Assembly (NCBI RefSeq): GCF_009914755.1
Contig: NC_060936.1
Reading direction: 5' to 3' (one strand)
Length of the DNA: 64,000 nt
Origin: the human T2T-CHM13v2.0 reference genome, Homo sapiens
Part shown: in pieces, positions 53,791-64,000 of the stretch
Position numbering within the stretch: position 1 is the first letter of the stretch
How the letters are laid out: each line of letters starts with the position of its first letter
Notes under the pieces: model-generated
What the model was told of the DNA's origin: nothing
Seen by the model: only the letters and a program-made list of their open reading frames with translations
Databases searched by the model: none
Made by a program: the position numbers and the translations under genes

Positions 53791-55843
53791 TCCTCTCTTA
53801 CCACTCCTATTCAACATAGTATTGGAAGTTCTGGCCACAGCAATCAGGAAAGAGAAAGAAATAAAAGGTATTCAAATAGGAAGAGAGGAAGTCAAATTGT
53901 CTCTGTTTGCAGATGACATAATTGTATATTTGGAAAACCCCACAGTCTCAGCAAAAAAATCTCCCGAAGCTGATAAGCAGCTTCAACAAAGTCTCAGGAT
54001 ACAAAACCAATGTGTAAAAATCACAAGCATTCCTATACACCAATAATAGAGAAACAGAGAGCCAAATCATGAGTGAACTACCATTCACAATTGCTACAAA
54101 GTGAATAAAATACATAGGAATACAACTCACAAGGGATGTGTAGGACCTCTTCAACTAGAACTACAAACAACTGCTCAAGGAAATAAGAGAGGACACAAAC
54201 AAATGGAGAAACATTCCAAGCTCATGGATAGGAAGAACGAATATCATGAAAATGGCCATACTGCCCAAGGTAATTTATAGATTCAATGCTATTCCCATCA
54301 AACTACCATTGACTTTCTTCACAGAATTAGAAAAAACTACTTTAAATTTCATATGGAACCAATAAAGAGCCCGCATAGCCAAGACAATACTAAACAAAAA
54401 GAACAAAGCTGGACACATCATGCTACCTGACTGCAAACGATGCTACAAGGCTACAGTAACCAAAACATCATGGTACTGGTACCAAAAAAAATACATAGAC
54501 CAATGGAACAGAACAGAAGCCTCAGAATATGCCACACATCTACCACTATCTGATCTTTGACAAACCTGACAAAAACAAGCAATGGGGAAAGGAAATCCAT
54601 ACTTCATCAATGGTGCTGGGAAAACTGGCTAGCCATATGCAGAAAACTGAAACTGGACCACTTCCTTACAACTCATACAAAAATTAACTCAAGGTGGTTT
54701 AAAGACTTGAATGTAAGACCTAAAACCATAAAAACCCTAGAAGAATAACTAGGTAATACCATTCAGGACATAGGCATGGGCAAAGACTTCATGACTGAAA
54801 CACCAAAAGCAAGGGCAACAAAAGCCAAAATTGATAAATGGGAGCTAATTAAACTAAAGAGCTTCTGCACAGCAAAAGAAACTATCATCAGAGTGAAAAG
54901 GAAACCTACAGAATGGGAGAAAATTTTTGCAATCTATCCATCTGACAAAGGGCTAATATCCAGAATCTACAAAGAACTTAAACAAATTAACAAGAAAGAA
55001 ACAACCCCATCAAAAAGTGGGCAAAGGACATGAACAGACACTTCTCAAAAGAAGACATTTATGCGGCCAACAAACATGAAAAAAAAAGCTCATCATCACT
55101 GTTCATTAAAGAAATGCACATTAAAACCACAATGAGATACCATCTCATGCCAGTTAGAATGGCAATTATTAAAAAGTCAGGAAACAACAGATGCTGGAGA
55201 GGATGTGGAGAAATAGGAACGCTTTTACACTGTTGTTGGGATTGTAAGTTAGTTCAACCATTGTGGAAGACAGTGTGGCAATTCCTCAAGGATCTAGAAC
55301 CAGAAATATCATTTGATCCAGCAATCCCATTACTGGGTATATACCCAAAGGATTATAATTCATTCTACTATAAAGACACATGCACACATATGTTTACTGC
55401 AGCACTGTTCACAATAGCAAAGGCTTGGAACCCACCCATATGTCCATCAGTGATAGACGGATAAAGAAAATGTGGCACATATACACCATGGAATACTATG
55501 CAGCCATAAAAACGGATGAGTTCATGTCCTTTGCAGGGACATGGATGAAGCTGGAAACCATCATTCTCAGCTAACCAACACAGGAACAGAAAACCAAACA
55601 CTGCATGTTCTCACTCATAACGGGGAGCTGAACAATGAGAACACATGGACACAGGGAGGGGAACATCACACACTGGATCCTGTCAGCCAGTGGGGGATAG
55701 GGGAGGGATAGCATTACGAGAAATACCTAATAGCTGTAGCTGATGGGTTGATGGGTGTAGCAAACCACCATGGCACATGTGTACTTATGTAACAAACCTG
55801 CAGGTTCTGCACATGTATCCCAGAACTTATATATATATATATA
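53791..55843 (+). mobile_element. Non-inverted 3' part of the same L1PA: RT FADD motif to 3' UTR, tail replaced by (TA)n
   Basis: [12 protein letters not shown]...[14 protein letters not shown], then [17 protein letters not shown] ctgtgctgg at 50412-50420 and 55844-55852. Confidence 0.96.
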
Positions 55844-56044
55844 CTGTGCTGGGATCACAAAGAATAAACTGTGTTCCAGTGCTAAAATTCTGCTTACATT
55901 TTAAGAAGACACAATTTCAGGATATACTATGATACATATTATTTGTGATAAAAATTGAATTGTGTTTTATAAATGTGAGATAGAATAATTCTGCCACAAC
56001 AGCTGTGCATATTAAAAAGTTATGTAGAACCCTACATTAAGCAA

Positions 56045-56655
56045 TTCATCATTGCTGGCAGAACTGCAAAATGGCACAGTCACTTTGAAAAATAGCGTAG
56101 CATTTATTTGAAATGTTAGAGTTACCATATAACCTAGCAATTCCACTTCTAGTTATACATACAAGGTAAATGAAAACACATGTCTATAAAAAAGCTTTTA
56201 TATGCGTGTTCATAGTAGCATTATTCATAATAGCCAATAAATGAAAACAACCCAAATATCTATTAACTAATGAATGGATAAATAAAATTTGTACAGCCAT
56301 GCAGTGGAATATTAATTGGCAATATGAAGAAATAAAGTATTTATAAGCTATAACAAAGATTAATCTTGAAAGCAAAAGACCCCATATTGTAAAATTTCAG
56401 TTACAGTATATGAAATGTCCAGAACAGCAAATCCATAGAGGAAGAAAGTAGCCTGGTAGTTGCCAGGGCCTTGGAGGTGGGGCAAGTGGGGAATAATTGC
56501 TAATAGATACAGAGAAGAGGGTGATGCACATGATCTAAAGTTAGATGGTGGTGAAGGTTGCTCAACTCTGTGAATAAGCTAAAAAAAACACTGAACTATA
56601 CACTTTAAAAGGTGAATTTTATGCTATTTTTTTTTCTTAATACAGTTGTTATGAA
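56045..56655 (+). mobile_element. L1MB-like 3' end
   Basis: attgctggcagaactgcaaaatggcacagtcactttgaaaa...gttcatagtagcattattcataatagcc...tacactttaaaaggtgaattttatg. Confidence 0.8.
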
Positions 56656-59044
56656 AAACTGTAAGGAAAAAACTATCTAAGGTATTTAAAAATCAAAATG
56701 GAAAATAACTTTCATAGAAGGTTCTATTTCTGAAGTTTAATATTTTCAATTCTATAAGATATATATTTCAATTTTAATGAAATTTCTGCTGTACACTTGG
56801 GAACTTATAACATTATAAATGTAATCATTTCAAAGTATTTTATAGAATCACCCTTCTCCCCCCTCCCTTTTTTTTGGGTTTGGTGACCGATAAAAGTAAA
56901 TTATTTCTTGCCCTTGTGCAGAAGTTTGAAGTATCCCTCGGGGTAGGAATCACTTTTAAAATGTCCTACTGTTTCACTGATGGTGCTGTATTCTTAAAGG
57001 ACACTGACAAAAAAATAATGTGGCATTACCTGGGCGAAGGTCATTTCCTTATTAATAATTCTACAATATCCTGGTACTTTCAGAGTTTCATTTTTCTGCC
57101 CTATGAAAGACCAAATAAAAAGCCTAAAATGCTGACAGAATAGAAGTCAAAAACTCTTGAGGTGGCTGTAATGGACAAATAAAAAAAAATAGTCCACACT
57201 ATTTTGAGTCTGGCACTATGCTAGACACTTTGGAAGAAGGGGTGGTTTTAACCACAGTGATGCTGATTACCTAGTGGGGAAAACAAAGCACGTAAATAGT
57301 TATATACAATGAGACAGAGGCTAGTGATGAAGATGTGTGCAAAGTGTTCTAGGAACACTCTGGAGGAGGTGGGATTAATGGTGACTGTGGGAGGCAGAAA
57401 TACCCTCAAAGATATTAATATTTTCATGTTGTACAATAATATTCAAAAATTTTCCAGGCTTCATTTGCCATAATGAATTTATACAATTAAAATTCACATT
57501 CTGTAATTTAAGTATACTCCCATGAATTCACATAATAGCACTATTCATTAGAGTACTACGGAAATGAATTACCATTAATATTGAGAATATACATGCTAGG
57601 CCAGACCCTTATTCTAGCAAGAGAAGCATTTGACCAAACTTGATCTCAGCTTTTAAATCTCTACTTTGGCATAATTTAAAACTTCATATGTTAAATATCT
57701 TTCATTAAAATAAAAATAGCATTGCTAATTTTAAATTCCCATATTTCTATTAAGGCTATAAGTTGTGATGATTTTCATATAACTAATTTTGGAGATGAAA
57801 TTTAACTACATGTATCAAAATGTTTTAAAATGTTTTCTTTCTTTGAATCAGTAATTCAAAGAAAGTGATTCAGTAAGTGATATGATAAAATTAACAATAT
57901 AATATATAGCTACAATATAATTATTTCAAGGATATTTAGAGACATAAGAAAATGCTTATTTTATATAGTAGGTGAAAATTATAGGCTAAAAACTACTTTA
58001 AAATTAATGATTCAAATTATTTTTAAGGCCAAAAGGAAATCACTAGCTTGAGCTATATTTCAAAAAGCCAGCCTAGTAAATGAGTATAGGGATTATGAAG
58101 TTTTTGCTTGTCTTCAAATTTCTAATTCAAAGTGATACTTCCATAAATGTGAACCCAATGCATTATCTAGTCAATATATGCACTTTTAAGAAGACATCTC
58201 ATTTTATTTTAGTTGTTCTCTTATTTATATCGTTTTTGTACAGGTTATGTTTTTCTTTTCATCATCATTTAGTCTTTTTTTAACTCCTTAATACACTTTA
58301 TATAATTATTCTTACATATTACATACTCAATAAATATATATTTTTTAAAAATCCTTAACCTATAAGTTAGTTGCACCTGTGTCACTTCCAATATATTTTT
58401 CCTCTAGTGCTAAGAAATAAAAGAGTACTTTCCCCAAATAACTCACTCAGATATACAACTCTCACCTCAAATCTGTCACCCCTTTTGTGAATGAAAAATA
58501 TTTATTTTAAAACTCTGTGCTCTATTAACTTCAGCCTAGATCTAAATGTTGTGTGCTAGAACACAAATGAATCACAAGTTCACATGAAAATTTGTTTTAA
58601 TAAAGGTATTTCAAATTTTGTGCAAGAAATGTATAACACAAGTCACAAAATAGTAAACAAATCACTTAAAATATAAGTTTCTATGAGACGATAAAATGTA
58701 AATTTTTGCCATTATTGATTGCAAAATATGAAAGTCTGAAACTGCAAATAATTTGACACCCTTTATTTAAGGAACATTGAATGTTAAATGTATAATAATA
58801 TAAGCGACATAATTTTTGGAACTAAATGACTTGGCAAGTTCCATTAAAACAGACTAAGTACCCCATCTGCAATTAAATTTATTAAATTATAACACAGATA
58901 ATTCCAGCATATATGAGGTCATTCTGAAAGAACATTCCTATTTTGACTTTACTTTTCATTTAGCTCATTGTACACAATCTCTGATATATTATCATACATT
59001 TTTAGCGTTATAAATTAATTTTTAAATGAAATGTAACACATAGG

Positions 59045-59300
59045 ATTAATAGTAAATATAATTTCACTATATTTCAAGCACTGTTCTAGGCACTTAATAT
59101 GTATCAGCTTATTGACTATAAACAATAACCATATGGTGTTGCTACCATGATGATCCCATTTTACATGTAGGGAAATAGTGGCACAAAGAGTTTAAGTGAT
59201 TTTCTCAGTGCCTTACATGCCTTACTGTCTTATGTGGCAGAATTAGTACTCGAACCCAGCTAGCTGGTAACAAAAGTTCAGTTTAATCACTAAGACTGTA
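59045..59300 (-). mobile_element. MIR SINE
   Basis: agcactgttctaggcactt...cccattttacatgtagggaaatagtggcacaaagagtttaagtgatttt...tcgaaccca. Confidence 0.7.
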
Positions 59301-60179
59301 CTTCTACTTTCATTTTATTATTATAACATGAACATTGCAACATAAACTAATATGCCATGCAGAAAACTTTCAGGATATTAACACATATAAAACATTTAAA
59401 AACATAGTATTTCTAGAAATTATATTATTGATAGAATTTTCAGGTACAAATTGCCTTAGGAAAAAATTCTATTTATGATAAACATATGCCAATTTTTTTA
59501 ACTGCAGATTTTTAGTGATAGATCTATTCAATAAATTTGCACAAAGATTTTCAAATTTAGATGCTGGATATTTAAATCAGCTTGTCATTACATCCTAAAA
59601 CTAATAAGTATGCCATGCTTTATCCATGTAACTCATATCATCAACAGTAGGACATCAGCCACACAACTTCAGTTTAGAAAAGTAGTACTCATATCCACTC
59701 TTGGCTGATAGTAATCATTAAAATAATAATAGATGATAACATTTTTTAGTCCACCTCAAGAAATAATTTTTATATAACTGTCAACTCCAATTTTTTGATG
59801 AGGAAATAAAAATGAAACTAAAAGAAAAATATAAGATCTTAATTGAACCTGAAAACATATGCCAATCAACTCCATCCCCTTCTTATAGTCAAATAATAAA
59901 CCATATAAAGCCTTGGTACCAGATTTCTTTTAAAAATACATTAATCCCTTTGTTTACTCAATGCATATTTACATTTTGCAAAACACGGTGTGATTTCTGT
60001 CCTTAGAAAGTTTCCCTTAGGAAAGAAAAACACGTGATCATGCATAGCACAGTGTGTTAAGCTTTGGAGCATCTGGAACCTCAATTTGCCTTGACTGGAC
60101 TGGCCTAGAATATCCACTGGAGTGAGTTGGTTATCTGTCTATTTACATGAGGGAGAAAGGTGACCCCTGGAAAGACGAA

Positions 60180-60450
60180 GTAGCAAGGAGGTTAAAGTCT
60201 CCAGCTCTCGAAGCAACTGCTTGTTATTTGAATTCCAGCTCCATCTTTTTTAGCTGTGTGTTCTTGGGAAATTTAGTTTACCTTTTTTGTGTTTTATCTT
60301 ATTAATCTGTAAAACACGGATAACAGAAACAAGCAAAGTCTTACTGGGTTGTTGTGAGACTTAACTAAGTTATTCAGGTTAAATGCTTAGACAAGTATGA
60401 GCACTTTGTAAGTGTTAACAATGAATTACTATTATTATTATTATTATTAA
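60180..60450 (+). mobile_element. MIR SINE ending in (ATT)n
   Basis: ttgaattccagctccatc..tagctgtgtgttcttgggaaatttagtttacc...atctgtaaaacacggataac...gggttgttgtgagacttaa. Confidence 0.75.
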
Positions 60451-63400
60451 TTACTGGAACAAACTCAAAGCTTGTATTTTTAAGGGTGGGAGGGCCTTGT
60501 CACTGGCGATTCTAGGAGTAAGCTGTATGTCTCCAAGTCCTGCCAATCTATAGGTACCGATATTGCCACATAGCAGTGGCAATAATCAGCTTCCATGGCT
60601 GATATCTCACACCCATGCTTTCAGAATTCTATCAGGCCCACTCTTAGGATTCTTTCACAGTCAATTCCAGTTATTTCTTTAAGGCAAGAAACAAACAGTG
60701 TAGGCATAATATCATGAAAATGACAGATGTTTAATGGCCATTGTGATATCTGAAAAAGCTGACAAAACTATATGGAAAGAATAATTAATATAAATGACCA
60801 TAGAAGGCAAAAGAAATATATCATATTTAAAGGTAATCTGAAATGTGTGTGAGGACAATGAGGCCCATAATCTGATTTTATGTTTAACATCTGCATTTCC
60901 ATTTAATTTTGTATTCATTATCACTTTTAAAGTATTGATTTAAAAAGCCATGTAATATAGTTAGTTAGTGGATACATTAGTTGTGGCCGATAATTCCTTT
61001 ATTTAAACCAGAGAAAGTAGTTTTCCTATGTAACATTACTATACATAACAGTTAGGGAGGTTTGATGGTCTATATTTCATTGTCTGTTCCTGTTATTTTA
61101 TTATTCCAGTTTCTTGTTATATTTGCCTTTGGAGAATAGAATCAGACAAACATGAAACCTTTGTCATATACAGAATAGGACCATAATAAAGCCAGAATGA
61201 ACTCCGATTTTTATTGACAAGTGAGTAAAGTGTACTACGTTCTCATCTGTTTCCTCTCTCTACCACCACAATTCTTTTCACCTGACATTTTGCCATTTTT
61301 GGGAGGTTTTCAAGGATCATATCCTATGCCTCCCTGCTCTGTCATAACAGGGGATTTCACTGAAGTTACCCCCAACACACACACAAACACACCCACAGAG
61401 AGACAAAGGACAATACAAAGCTATCTCCCTCTCTTTCTGTCACCATATCCATTATCATGGCACCTGATACTATCTGAGTGAATTCTGTCACTCACTCAAA
61501 AGCCCACGGGCCTTACAGCCTACTCTTAAGACACTGATTTTACTAATTTTGCATTGTTTCTTCTGTTTAAGGTGCTCTTCCTTGCCCTGTCTATTTGGAA
61601 AACTCTTCTTCATTCTTTAGGGCTTTGATGTCACATCCCCTATTCTAGGAAGCCTATGATCTTCAGACAAAATTTGGAAACCTCTCCTCAGGTTTCCCAT
61701 TGATGAGAATATATATTTATGGGGCTATAATTTTTTGTACAGTTGTCTAGTTCCCACACGAGAACACATGACTCTGAAGGGATGGATGGTCCTTTCATTT
61801 TAACCTTCTCACAACAATGTTTCTGAAAAGGGCAGGGTCTTAATGTGTTAGAATGAATAAGCTACCTAATGGAATATATGTATACAATTAGGCACAGCGC
61901 AATGATTCTATGACTGCAGGTTAGCCACATAAACAAGTATCTGTCCTATTTCGACAAATTAGGCCAGATCACCAATGCCCAACTTTTCTTGGACCAGATA
62001 TACCATTTACCATATTCTCAATATGTGCTGACTTGGTAACATTGAGAGATACAAAAATAATAAACTACAGTAATTGGAATTATTAATGACTCAGGTATTT
62101 CATTAATTTTAGGCAAAGTATCCTTAAAGCATTGGAAAGAGTTTAAAATTTAGTTCCCTAGTTGCTCAGTATTCTAATATCTATTTCTGTATCTATATAT
62201 ACATCTAATAATATATATGGGTGTATATATATTATTAATAGGTAAAATATTCATAATAGATCATTATTTTTTAAGTATTTCACAAAATGCTTTGGAAGGA
62301 ACCGTAAAACTCAAGATGCATTCCCTATGATCAAGGACATTACTTTTAGCTTTCTTTATTTGAATGTTTGCATTTGCACATGTTTCAATGCACCTGTTGA
62401 AAGCAACCAAAATAACACAGAGAAAAATCATTAGACAGTTTTGATTATGAACTGGGAGAAAAAGAATGTAGTTTAAAAAATTAACCTTTTCCCTACTTTT
62501 CTCTTAGTTACCATACTCCACTGCCACACAGTACAGAAAAGAAAAAATAAATCTATCTTTGAGAAATGTTTCATTTTCACTTGAAATGATGCAATTAGTC
62601 ACTGCTCCATATATTTGTGTTTGAAACGTTTCTATCAAGTATAATCTTAGCCAGAGCACCCTATAGTGTACAAGCTATACATGAATAGTGAAAGTATTGT
62701 ATTTGTTATTTGAAATGTGTCGATGCAGCACACTTAATTCAAAACATTTATGAGTGGAGGTTGACAAGTCTGTCCTTCTAACTCTTATGGCATAACTTAC
62801 TATTTATATGCTACCTGTATTTCAAGATCCATTCTGTGTTCTAACACTACAGAGAAGGCCAATTGAATATTCCCTCAGATAGAAATGAAAGTTCTCTCTC
62901 TGTCCATCTATCTATTTTTCTATCTCTTTTTCTTATTATTACAATCTTTCTTTTGTATGTATCCACTTAACCCATTGTAACATTTTCCCCATTATAAGAC
63001 CTAGCATTCCTCCTCTTATTAAGAATAAACACCTTAGCAGTATTGGCTACATGGCTGATGTTGAATTAAGCGAATTAAGTTGTTGGAAACACACAATTCA
63101 AATTTACTATGTTTGTGAATCCAAAGATAGGTTTACTCGTGGAGTTTTAGGAGTTATAAGGTCAGCCTTTGGAAAATTCTGAATTCGTTTTTTAATTATT
63201 TCCTGCGAATATTGCTTTGTAGGATATTTCTAGAAACGCAACCCACTGAAAATAGCCAATCTAAACATTACAATCTCAGCATAAACATTTGCCTCAGTGG
63301 AAGTCCTTAATTACCAAATGGAGAGAAATGCATGCAGGCTGTCAGCATCATGTTTCTCCTTGGTAGTGTCTCTCACCATTTTGCCACCACGAATGTTTCT

Positions 63401-64000
63401 AAATGGCCAACATACTACTTCTTCTCATTTGAATGTTTATGTTTGAGAAAATGCAAAAATAAGAGCACTAAGTGCAAACAGAGGTTTGCTGAAGTTTGTG
63501 TATTTAGCTCCTATGGCGTTCTGGATGCCAGATTCACATTCATTAGACATAAATTGATGTTAAGCAGCCTTGACTGCAGGAGGAAAAGCAACAACAAAAA
63601 TCTCTTCATACCTCTAAGACTTTCAGTCAGATTCTTTTCTTACAGAACCCCATTCTGCCATTCCAGCACACTGTTTTCTGTTCAGTCTTATCAGTCTTTT
63701 CCTGCTTTATTCTTGTTTTTTGACTGCTGTTTATGCCACTTAGGCATTTGCTTATACTGGTCCCCATAGATTTTCCTCCTGTTTAACATCACAATGGACT
63801 CAACTTTCTTTGAAGCATACCTCGTCTATGGAAGCAAATGACATCCTAATTTGTTAACTCTAAGGCATTACAGAACTTTATTCCTTCAAGGCCTCTAACT
63901 TTACTTTTGGCCTTATCTTCTGCCATGTCCCATCTGAACACAATGCTGCTTTCACCTGTTCCTTTATACTCTCCAGGAGGACTGTGCAATTGTTTTCCTT

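Noticed and set aside
60561-60584. Hairpin tattgccac-atagca-gtggcaata
   Set aside because: A 9-bp stem is expected by chance in 64 kb, is too short for a pre-miRNA, and is not a proper RFX X-box.
63332-63769. 145-aa ORF in apparently unique sequence
   Set aside because: No recognisable domain, composition typical of translated AT-rich non-coding DNA (F/S/L/C-rich), and no supporting splice or promoter structure seen.

Overview
AT-rich, CpG-poor primate DNA, almost certainly human. It contains Alu J/S/Y, L1PA/L1M, THE1, MLT1, L2 and MIR repeats. The whole window lies inside a large minus-strand gene that I recognise as PPFIA2 (liprin-alpha-2). Three consecutive phase-0 coding exons were found by reading the reverse strand: 30723-30824, 18514-18678 and 12929-13003. 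They encode part of the N-terminal coiled coil ([17 protein letters not shown]...VRERLRVSLERVSALEEELAAANQE), and the supplied ORF track contains none of them. The rest is intron. The ORFs in the track are repeat-derived or chance. I found no evidence of a wholly new multi-gene system. The best leads are local: (1) the 75-nt exon starts with GTAAGG, so splicing rebuilds a strong 5' splice site at the exon-exon junction; (2) three CRE motifs cluster just downstream of that exon; (3) plus-strand splice donors and an acceptor cluster at about 38 kb (candidate antisense exon); (4) a 5.4-kb twin-primed L1 carries a 3.4-kb inversion; (5) a 76-bp unique segment is copied into a microsatellite 2,160 bp away; (6) there is an interlocked double palindrome, a trimeric recombinant Alu, a young L1PA2 without a target-site duplication, and an ERVL integrase relic. 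Repeat subfamily names and the boundaries of old repeats were assigned by eye and are approximate.
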